NCBI GenBank assembly: GCA_011364925.1
Contig: RDOA01000045.1
Location: forward strand, 1 to 30,323
DNA length: 30,323 nt
Origin: Promethearchaeota archaeon
GTDB taxonomy: Archaea; Asgardarchaeota; Lokiarchaeia; Sigyniarchaeales; SOKP01
Direction: 5' to 3'
Shown here: positions 9,699-17,340 of the stretch, piece by piece
How the letters are laid out: each line of letters starts with the position of its first letter
Position numbering within the stretch: position 1 is the stretch's first letter
Translations under genes and position numbers: made by a program
Notes under the pieces: model-generated
What the model was told of the DNA's origin: nothing
The model's input: the letters and a program-made list of their open reading frames with translations, nothing else
Database searches by the model: none

Positions 9699-9848
9699 AT
9701 GCAATCCGCTTTAAAGATGATATAAGAATATGAAAATAGATTCAATTAAGGTATAAAAATCTTTATTAAATTTAACAAATACATTATCACATTTTTGTTT
9801 TTAGTTTAAAATAGTATTAATGAATTACATTTAATTGGTGAATTTAAC

Positions 9849-10796
9849 ATTAAAAAAATTGAACTTTATTCAGAAAATGGAACCTCGCGTGGATTTTTTG
9901 ATGTCGCTAATCAACTGAACGATTTAACTGGAAAAGAATGGGTATTTTCTACTAAATCGGTAATCCCAAAAGGCTATCCTCCAAGCTTTCATCATGAATT
10001 GCGAAATAAACATGGTGGACAAAAACCTCCTGAACTATGTGAGTCTTTAATAAAAACTTTTACAAAAGAAGGAGATTTTGTCCTTGACCCTTTTTGTGGG
10101 GTAGGCGGTACTTTAATCGGATGCCATTTAAGTAATCGAAATGGTGTTGGGATTGAAACTAATCAAAAATGGATCGACATTTATCACAAGATTTGCGATT
10201 CAGAGTCTTTAAATCCTCAAATAACAATTCAAGGAGATTCTCGAGCCATTCTTAAACAATTTATTGTCGGACAAAGAAGAACTTTTGACTTTATCCTAAC
10301 CGATGTTCCTTATTGGAAAATGGATGTGGTTGAAAAGTCAAAGGGTACGTTTAAAAGGGTAGGAGAAGAATCTAAGGGGATTTATTCAGATAAATCAAAA
10401 CTTTCAAGATTTAATAGCGAATCTAACACTGTTGAGCAAAAGAAAAAAGATTGGGAGCTATTAATCAATGATGTATTTCAGGAATGCTTTAAACTACTAA
10501 AACCAGGGAAATATTGTGCAGTTTTCATAGGAAACATGTATTATAAAGGGAGATATTATCTTTTAAATGCTGACATCGCGCGAATCTTAAATGAAATTGG
10601 TTTTACTTTAAAAGGAGAAATTATTTGGTACGATGTTAATAAAAAGCTCCACCTTTATGGAATAAATTATTCTTGGATTCCTAGCATTGTCCACCAATTT
10701 ATTATGATCTTTAGGAAAGAGAGAGTACATAATCTAACTCAAGCAGAAAAAGAGAACATCGAAATGAAAAACAACCAATGGTTAAAAAATCAATAG
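9849..10796 (+). CDS. SAM-dependent amino-methyltransferase (DNA N4/N6 or TRM11-like), with the SAM motif before the catalytic motif
   Basis: HGGQKPPEL, VLDPFCGVGGT, QGDSR, FILTDVPYW, LLKPGKY, IIWY, HQFIMIFRK. The frame is open from 9810, and the stretch upstream of the track's TTG (9999) encodes NQLNDLTGKEW. Start placed at ATT 9849 after GGTGA. Confidence 0.8.
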   Translation: MKKIELYSENGTSRGFFDVANQLNDLTGKEWVFSTKSVIPKGYPPSFHHELRNKHGGQKPPELCESLIKTFTKEGDFVLDPFCGVGGTLIGCHLSNRNGVGIETNQKWIDIYHKICDSESLNPQITIQGDSRAILKQFIVGQRRTFDFILTDVPYWKMDVVEKSKGTFKRVGEESKGIYSDKSKLSRFNSESNTVEQKKKDWELLINDVFQECFKLLKPGKYCAVFIGNMYYKGRYYLLNADIARILNEIGFTLKGEIIWYDVNKKLHLYGINYSWIPSIVHQFIMIFRKERVHNLTQAEKENIEMKNNQWLKNQ

Positions 10797-11021
10797 GTGT
10801 TTTTTACCTTCTGAAAATTAAAAGGCTTTATATCCTTCTGGATAATTATCATTTTCTTGATTTTAGGTTATTAAATAGAAATTGGTCTATAGAAAATTCT
10901 TATTAGGCATTCCTAATTTTTATAATATAAACTTACATATAATAGTCGAAATATTCTTACAAACAATCAATTTTTTTTAATTTAAAAATTTTAATAGTAT
11001 AGAGACTTGAGTTGATCATAA

Positions 11022-11507
11022 ATGGGTCATAATCATGAACATAGGTTGGGGATCGAAGCACCGCATAGTCATTTAATACAAGGACTTTCTTTAATTATCT
11101 TTACTGCTGTCTGGCTTTTAGATTCACTAATATTCTCGTTTTCAACGATACTTAATAATTATGTTCCTTGGTTTATTCGAATTGTTTTGTTTATTACAAT
11201 CTTTGTCGTAGCTATTTTTTTTATTCGCACCTCGCATAACATTTTATTCCGGAAGCCTGAAAGAAAAGATGACCTCATAACAGATGGAATCCTTGGTCAT
11301 ATAAGACACCCAATGTACTTTGGAGTTCTTTTGATTTATCTCGCGTGTATATTTTTATCGATTTCCTTAATTAGCTTAGTGTTATGGGTTATAATATTTG
11401 TTATTTACGATAGACTAGCTACATTTGAAGAAAAACAGCTAGAAGGGTTATTCGGACAAAACTATATCGATTATAAGAAGCGAGTACTTAAATGGATTCC
11501 TCGGTAA
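11022..11507 (+). CDS. Isoprenylcysteine carboxyl methyltransferase / PEMT family membrane methyltransferase
   Basis: LITDGILGHIRHPMYFG, EEKQL..LFG..Y..YK..V..WIP and 4 TM helices. Confidence 0.9.
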   Translation: MGHNHEHRLGIEAPHSHLIQGLSLIIFTAVWLLDSLIFSFSTILNNYVPWFIRIVLFITIFVVAIFFIRTSHNILFRKPERKDDLITDGILGHIRHPMYFGVLLIYLACIFLSISLISLVLWVIIFVIYDRLATFEEKQLEGLFGQNYIDYKKRVLKWIPR

Positions 11508-11664
11508 TTAGAACCTTTCGCAATGTAAACGCAAAAGTCAGAACATATGGGGATGTAGCTAATATCATTAATGATCCTAACATAAAAAGATTAAGAAGGA
11601 AGCTAGAAATTACATAATAATAAGCGATGAGCAATAAACAGCATGATGGAATTAAGATTATCAA
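11488..11664 (-). CDS. Possible small 2-TM membrane protein (58 aa)
   Basis: Translated by hand from TTG: LIILIPSCCLLLIAYYYVISSFLLNLFMLGSLMILATSPYVLTFAFTLRKVLITEESI. It fills an otherwise empty 200-bp gap and overlaps the ICMT 3' end by 20 nt. Confidence 0.3.
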   Translation of the reverse strand: MIILIPSCCLLLIAYYYVISSFLLNLFMLGSLMILATSPYVLTFAFTLRKVLITEESI

Positions 11665-11705
11665 GAAAATATAAGAGTTAATTAGCTTTTAGCAAAAAAT
11701 AACTA

Positions 11706-12935
11706 TTAACGCCATTCAGTCCCGCATTGACCGCATCTATACATTTTAGCGTAGATACGTGGGTATGAATATAGTATTCTCGACTTATCATCAAATTCAC
11801 GAATTTGATCCTTGTTAGTATTTCCGCAATTAGGACACATTTTTTTACGAGTTTTTGATTCTTCTTTTGAAATTTCATTTTCCTTTTTTAAGTTTTCACC
11901 CTCTGTAGTTATCTCTTCAGCTATTTCATCGCTTGCAATATTTAAATCTCCTTTTCTTTCTAGAGGTTCAACTAATTTATTCACTTCAACTAATGGTTCT
12001 CTTGTTTCAACTTTTAATTCTTTTTCTAAACCTTCCTTTTTAGGTATATGGAATTCTTGTATCTTAGGTAGTTCCCTTTTCTGGGTTTCCATAAGGTTAA
12101 TTGTTTTGGCCAGTAATATCGCGTCTTTTTGCTTAAGATCTTCATTTTCTTTTTGAAGTTTTTTAACTTCTTTTTCCAAACTTGATACTTTCGCCTCAAA
12201 CCTGGTCAATCGAAACCTTTCAGCCTTAACTTCTTCTAATTTATCCGATAATTGTTGATTTTCTTTTTTAAGTTCAGTATTAATGCTTTCCAAATTTTGT
12301 AGCGTATTCTCTAAATTATCAACTGATAACTCTTTATTTTTCAAGGTTAGATTACTATTCTCAAGTAATTTATTAGCTTCACGCAGGTCATTTAGTTGTT
12401 TATTTAGTCTGCTCATTTTATATTCTAAATCTTCAATATGCGAGGTTTCTTTATCGACGATTGTTGTATTCTCTCTGAGACGATCGTTTTCAGCTTCGAT
12501 TTCTAATATTTTCTCTTTGAGGTTTTTATTCATATTCTCTAATCTTCCATAATCTTCAATTAACGTGTTTAAAGAGTTCTGAGTTTTCATTATCACTTGA
12601 TCTTTGATAGAATCGTCCATACTTTCTTTTAGATTAACTAATTCATTGTTTAAATTTTCGACTTTTATTTGAAGGGCTTCTTTCTCGCGATTTCTCTGAG
12701 TTAATTCTTGGTTTTGAGAATTGATTAAATTCTTTAGTATTAATATTTCCTCAGATTCCGCTTCTTCAGTTGGGACATTCTGAAAAGCGGGCTCTTGGGA
12801 TTCTTGCGCATCCTTTAACTTAGTTTCTAACCTAGCAACTTTAAGCTCTAGATTTTCAACGGTTTTTTCTAATTGAGCTCGCGTCAATTCATCTTCTTCC
12901 GCCTTATCTATTAAATCCTTTAGGTTTTGACTCAT
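11706..12935 (-). CDS. Long coiled-coil protein with a C-terminal Zn ribbon
   Basis: About 270 aa of L/E/K/N heptads, an acidic linker, then CPNCG...IREFDDKS..LY.YPRIYAK.YRCGQCGTEW. Confidence 0.8.
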   Translation of the reverse strand: MSQNLKDLIDKAEEDELTRAQLEKTVENLELKVARLETKLKDAQESQEPAFQNVPTEEAESEEILILKNLINSQNQELTQRNREKEALQIKVENLNNELVNLKESMDDSIKDQVIMKTQNSLNTLIEDYGRLENMNKNLKEKILEIEAENDRLRENTTIVDKETSHIEDLEYKMSRLNKQLNDLREANKLLENSNLTLKNKELSVDNLENTLQNLESINTELKKENQQLSDKLEEVKAERFRLTRFEAKVSSLEKEVKKLQKENEDLKQKDAILLAKTINLMETQKRELPKIQEFHIPKKEGLEKELKVETREPLVEVNKLVEPLERKGDLNIASDEIAEEITTEGENLKKENEISKEESKTRKKMCPNCGNTNKDQIREFDDKSRILYSYPRIYAKMYRCGQCGTEWR

Positions 12936-12978
12936 ATCAAATAACTCTCATTTTTTTCATTGTCTAATTACACTTAAA

Positions 12979-12998
12979 TAATAAGAGATCTCTTATTA
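12979..12998. promoter_or_regulatory. Perfect 20-bp palindrome TAATAAGAGATCTCTTATTA, candidate operator in the coiled-coil/Rab divergent promoter
   Basis: Read directly from the sequence. It abuts a TTTAAG TATA-like element on the - strand (12973-12978). Confidence 0.55.
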
Positions 12999-13125
12999 AA
13001 AAAATTTAGGAAAAGTAACTTTAAATTATTGAACTCAGTTTATAAGTATGTAGATCTTCTAAAATAGAAAAAAACAAATCGCTAATCAAAGTCTAAATTC
13101 CAGAGGTTTGCTAAAGAAGTTAAAA

Positions 13126-13665
13126 ATGACAGCATATGACAAATATTTCTATAAAGTTTGTATTGTTGGAGATTCTGAAGTAGGGAAAACAACTTTAGTT
13201 AATCAATATTTAAAGAGGAGATTTGTTTCAGAGGCACAAAGAACAATAGGCTCTAATTTTTTCGTTCAATATGTTAAAATTCCAGAAGATAAAAACTTGT
13301 TAACATTGCAAATTTGGGATTTAGCAGGTCAACCTCGTTTCAAATGGGTTCGATATGCATTCTATAAAGGTGCAAGAGGAATTGTTTATGCGTTTGATCT
13401 GACCCGGAAAGACACATTAAATAGTTTGATAGGCTGGAAGGAAGAAGTGGAAAGTAAAATCGGTGTAGTTTCGAACATTTTCGTAGGAAATAAGCTTGAT
13501 TTAATAAACTCTAAAAACCGGATCATTACTGAAAAAGAAGTAACTCGCTTTAAAGATTTGTTATCTTCTCTAGAATACTATGAGACTAGTGCAAAGTTCG
13601 GAACAAATGTTAAAGATGTTTTTGATGAACTAGCATTAGATATGTATCAGAAAAACGATCATTAA
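13126..13665 (+). CDS. Rab-like small GTPase (Ras superfamily)
   Basis: G1 GDSEVGKT, G2 RTIG, G3 WDLAGQ, G4 GNKLD, G5 ETSAK. RabF-like IGSNF, TLQIW, RFKWVR, FYKGA and AFDLT. No C-terminal Cys or tail. Alternative TTG start at 13108. Confidence 0.95.
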   Translation: MTAYDKYFYKVCIVGDSEVGKTTLVNQYLKRRFVSEAQRTIGSNFFVQYVKIPEDKNLLTLQIWDLAGQPRFKWVRYAFYKGARGIVYAFDLTRKDTLNSLIGWKEEVESKIGVVSNIFVGNKLDLINSKNRIITEKEVTRFKDLLSSLEYYETSAKFGTNVKDVFDELALDMYQKNDH

Positions 13666-13764
13666 TCATCATAGTAAAGATTGAAATTTAACTTGTTTTT
13701 ATTATACTTGAAGTATAAATAAATAGAATTTTCAATTACATTTCTTAAATACCTCAAATTTTAA

Positions 13765-14415
13765 ATGAAAGGAGAAAATAAATATACATTTGTCAGGGAG
13801 AAAATCCTAAATTGGTATCAAGATAACAAGCGAGATTATCCTTGGAGAAAATCAAAATCTCTTTACCAAATATTAGTCACCGAAATATTATTACAAAAAA
13901 CGATCGCAACAAATGTTAAAAACATATATAGCGATTTCTTCTCCAAATATGTTAACTTTAGCTCTATCTATAACGCAGAAATTACTAGTTTACAATCGGA
14001 TATTAAAACATTAGGGCTATCAAACAAACGCGCACAAATATTAAAGGACCTAAGTCACTTGATTGAATTTAAATATAAGGGAGATATACCTCAAAATATT
14101 GAAACATTAAAAGAAATTAATGGGATTGCAGATTATGTGAGTAAAGCTTTTGCTTGTTTTGGTTTAAATCATAGAACTTTTTTCTATGATGTTAATATTA
14201 AAAGATTTATTCAAAGGGTTTTTATGCCCAACAAGGTAAAGATTAAACCTGATGTGATCTATTCAGAATTAGACAAAATCTTACCTGAAGCGGGTTTTAA
14301 GCATGTATACTGGGCAATACTTGATTTTGGAAATTCAGTTTGCACAAAAAGTAATCCTAAGTGCGAAATCTGCCCTATTTCTAATTGTTGTTTCTATTTT
14401 TTAGATACAGTGTGA
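13765..14415 (+). CDS. HhH-GPD DNA glycosylase with a 4Fe-4S cluster (short MutY/Mig type)
   Basis: RDYPWR, YQILVTEILLQKT, LGLSNKRA, HhH LKEINGIADY, catalytic DVN, LDFG and CX6CX2CX5C. No C-terminal MutT-like domain. Confidence 0.9.
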   Translation: MKGENKYTFVREKILNWYQDNKRDYPWRKSKSLYQILVTEILLQKTIATNVKNIYSDFFSKYVNFSSIYNAEITSLQSDIKTLGLSNKRAQILKDLSHLIEFKYKGDIPQNIETLKEINGIADYVSKAFACFGLNHRTFFYDVNIKRFIQRVFMPNKVKIKPDVIYSELDKILPEAGFKHVYWAILDFGNSVCTKSNPKCEICPISNCCFYFLDTV

Positions 14416-14558
14416 TTAATTTTAAATTTGCTCACTTTATCTTATTTATGACGTGATTTGACTATTTGATAAAATTCAAGAGAGAAGAAAAGCGAATTCT
14501 AGTAAAATAGACAAATCTGATAACGGTATAGAACGGAAAAAAGCATCGTTGGATAGAT

Positions 14559-15698
14559 ATGTTAATTAACTTAAGAGAAATATACTTGCCGGCCATGATT
14601 TTCTCGATAATCTTAGATTTTCAATTAGGATCATACTTCTTATACTTATACCTTAAGCACAGAAAAGACGAAATCGGATTAAACAAAATGTTATTAGCTT
14701 TCTCCAATCTTTTTGGAATAGGAGCTATATCTTATCTTTTTTTAGTTATCGGTTCTTTTTTTCTCGACGATAGCTATTTTGCAGAAAAATTCATTCGAAT
14801 TGGAGTGTCAATATTGCAGGGAGGGGTTTTAGTAGTTCTTCTACATCTATTGTCAAGACCATTTGAAAACCTTGTAAATACAAGAGTAGTAAAAGTTCTT
14901 AGTGTCCTTTCAGGAGTTAGTATACTTTATCCGTTATTACTCTATATTCGATTAATTGGTTTACTTCCGAGTATATTGCTAGGATTGATAGGAGGAGGAT
15001 ATTTCCTTTTCTTTCAAGTAAAAGTTCTCCGCCTTACTTCAGGTACTGTGCATACTCGATTATTAATGACATTAATAGGTGAAGTTGTATTTTTAATTGG
15101 TTTATCTCTTGGTTCTGGGTTACCTCATATGACTCTAATATTTGAAGTAAAAGAAATCCTCTACTTTACAGGAAGTTACGTGGTAAATATTGGTTTATTC
15201 ATTATATTCTATGGTACGTTTAAATTTCCTGGTGTTCCTGAATTTAATTGGAAAAATAATCTTTTAGAACTATATATTATTGATGCGCGGAATTTATTTG
15301 AGTTATATTCTTATAGTTTTAGCAAAATAAGAAAACCCTATGAAGAATTCAGAACAAGCGACTCTAACAATGAAAACAATCAAATTAGCTCTATTGGTAT
15401 TGTAGGTATTAGCGATGTGTTTGATGAAATAACAAAGACTTACCAGAATAGGATTAAAACAATTAAATATGGTGATTTCACCATTATCCTTGAATACGAA
15501 AAAGACCCTAAATCGCATTTAATCTTCGTTTTATTTGTCAATAAAAATATGAAAAGTTTACAAATCTTCTTACAAAAAGTAAAAAATCAATTTCTAACTA
15601 CCTATAAAAGTATATTGCTTAACATGGATATCCTTGAAAGATTTAGAGACACTATATTTTCTGGCTTTGATGTAATTTTACAAGAAATATTAGATTAG
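14559..15698 (+). CDS. 7-TM membrane protein with a C-terminal cytoplasmic longin-like domain
   Basis: Seven hydrophobic segments, then PGVPEFNW and LYIID...LYSYSF...ISSIGIVGISDVFDEI...IKTIKYGDFTIILE...IFVLFV followed by helices. Confidence 0.7.
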   Translation: MLINLREIYLPAMIFSIILDFQLGSYFLYLYLKHRKDEIGLNKMLLAFSNLFGIGAISYLFLVIGSFFLDDSYFAEKFIRIGVSILQGGVLVVLLHLLSRPFENLVNTRVVKVLSVLSGVSILYPLLLYIRLIGLLPSILLGLIGGGYFLFFQVKVLRLTSGTVHTRLLMTLIGEVVFLIGLSLGSGLPHMTLIFEVKEILYFTGSYVVNIGLFIIFYGTFKFPGVPEFNWKNNLLELYIIDARNLFELYSYSFSKIRKPYEEFRTSDSNNENNQISSIGIVGISDVFDEITKTYQNRIKTIKYGDFTIILEYEKDPKSHLIFVLFVNKNMKSLQIFLQKVKNQFLTTYKSILLNMDILERFRDTIFSGFDVILQEILD

Positions 15699-15739
15699 AG
15701 GTATTGAAAACAAAAAACAACCTAAAGTGAAAAGTCGTA

Positions 15740-16828
15740 TTGATTGAGCAAGAGTTATATCCACTAACTGGAGGTTTTAGGGAACCATTATTAGTCGTTG
15801 AATGGGTTATGGTATTTCTCTTTTTAGAATTAGCTTTTTTGCTATATATGAGAATAAGAAATACTGAAACAAAATTTAGTAATTTCATCGAACAAGCTTC
15901 TATTTTTTTTCTTCTCTCTTATTCGATTATGTGGATATTCTACATTTTTGGAGATTATTACATGGATACTCAACTTTCGCGTTTGGTTGCATATAATATT
16001 GGATATATCTTAAGAATGATTTTGGGATTAATATTTATGTACCAAATTGAAAGATATCAAGTTCTCTTTAGAAAATACCTCTTTTCAAAGCTCTTTTTAG
16101 TATTTACAGGATTTTCGATTGTTCTCTTTTTTACAGCAATTGATGTAACTCAATACGCTTCTCTGATTTTATTTTGGATACCACTATTTTTGATGTTTAT
16201 AATATATATGATAAAACTAGCAAAAAATGTTAGTAAAACGCAAGAATTAACTAATCTTAATACAAAAATATATTTCTCTATACTTGGAGTTCTCATTCTC
16301 TGTGTAGGTTTTGGAGCTACGGCGGATCCGGTAGTAGATTTATTCGGTTTGGGTCTTCGCGTGCTTGGAGATATACTACAAATATGTGGTATAATTATCC
16401 TTGCGGTTTTCTTTACTAGGTTACCATCATTATCTGAAAAGGATTGGAAAGATAAAATAGATCGGCTTTTTCTTATGAGAGCCTCAGGAATATGTATATA
16501 CTATAAATTTTTCAAAGATCCCACCAATAAACGGGACGAACAAAACATCTCTAGCGCAATTAATACAATCAAAATGATACTAAGAGAAATCTCTCATAAC
16601 GACGGCGAAATGGTGATAGAAAAAGAAGGAAAAGTTTTGATAACGCATCAAGGTAAATACATAACCGGGGTAATTATAGCAGATCAAAACTTAAATTCGC
16701 TTAATTTCTTGCTTAAACGCCTTATTAAGAAAGTCGAATTTTTATATTCAAATATTATCCGAGATTGGGATGGTGAAATGGAAATATTTCGCCCAATTGA
16801 AAATATAACTCAAGAAATCTTCTTTTAA
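15740..16828 (+). CDS. 7-TM membrane protein with a C-terminal cytoplasmic longin-like domain (diverged paralogue of the preceding gene)
   Basis: Seven hydrophobic segments, then PSLSEKDW and LFLMRASGICIYY...DEQNISSAINTIKMILREI...VIEKEGKVLI..GKYITGVII...WDGEMEIF. Confidence 0.7.
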   Translation: MIEQELYPLTGGFREPLLVVEWVMVFLFLELAFLLYMRIRNTETKFSNFIEQASIFFLLSYSIMWIFYIFGDYYMDTQLSRLVAYNIGYILRMILGLIFMYQIERYQVLFRKYLFSKLFLVFTGFSIVLFFTAIDVTQYASLILFWIPLFLMFIIYMIKLAKNVSKTQELTNLNTKIYFSILGVLILCVGFGATADPVVDLFGLGLRVLGDILQICGIIILAVFFTRLPSLSEKDWKDKIDRLFLMRASGICIYYKFFKDPTNKRDEQNISSAINTIKMILREISHNDGEMVIEKEGKVLITHQGKYITGVIIADQNLNSLNFLLKRLIKKVEFLYSNIIRDWDGEMEIFRPIENITQEIFF

Positions 16829-16841
16829 TTTAATATTGTTC

Positions 16842-17150
16842 TTATTTTGGTAGAACAAGATTTGGATTTAAAAATACATTTAGACACATTGGGCAAGAAT
16901 TATATTTTGTGAGCCAATCTGATACACAATTATAATGGTATTCACTACCACAAAAGGTGCATTTGATAATACGGTTGTTTTTATGCCAGATAAATTCATG
17001 GCAAACAGTGCACTGAACGTTTTGTTGCGAACTTCTTCCCGTTAATTTTAATTTATACCCACAAGAATGGCAATAATTAGTCTTAAAATTATTTGACTTC
17101 AATAATTTTGAACCACATTTAGGACAATAATTAAAAACTCTTTCTGGCAA
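16842..17150 (-). CDS. Zn-ribbon + C4HC3 RING-variant protein, putative E3 ubiquitin ligase
   Basis: N-terminal CPKCG/CHSCG ribbon, then CTVC...CTFC-x4-HYNCVSDWL...CPMC with the RING Trp and CPxC. Confidence 0.8.
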   Translation of the reverse strand: MPERVFNYCPKCGSKLLKSNNFKTNYCHSCGYKLKLTGRSSQQNVQCTVCHEFIWHKNNRIIKCTFCGSEYHYNCVSDWLTKYNSCPMCLNVFLNPNLVLPK

Positions 17151-17340
17151 TAACCTACCTTCTCCAAATGTTATTTTACATTAACTAATCTTATGTGACC
17201 ACATTTGAAATTAATCTTAAATCTTTTAGAGACCGATTTTTATCTTCATATTTAAACTATTAATAAGGTATTTGAGTAAACCACTACTTCTTTTGATAAC
17301 CGCGAAAAGATAATTATGTTAATTTTTACACCACCAAAAA

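Noticed and set aside
7456-10796. Restriction-modification island or mobile element
   Set aside because: No nuclease, integrase, transposase, terminal repeats or compositional shift; the intervening genes are host-type.
11706-12935. SMC/Rad50 chromosome segregation ATPase
   Set aside because: No Walker A/B or signature motif, and the Zn site is a terminal four-Cys ribbon rather than a central CxxC hook.
11022-13665. ICMT-family gene as the modifier of the nearby Rab (prenyl-cysteine methylation)
   Set aside because: The Rab ends MYQKNDH with no Cys or CAAX, no protein in the window ends in CAAX, and ICMT/PEMT homologues are widespread in prokaryotes.
14559-16828. Rhodopsins or true GPCRs
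   Set aside because: No mid-TM7 retinal Lys and no DRY or NPxxY motifs; only the helix count is shared.
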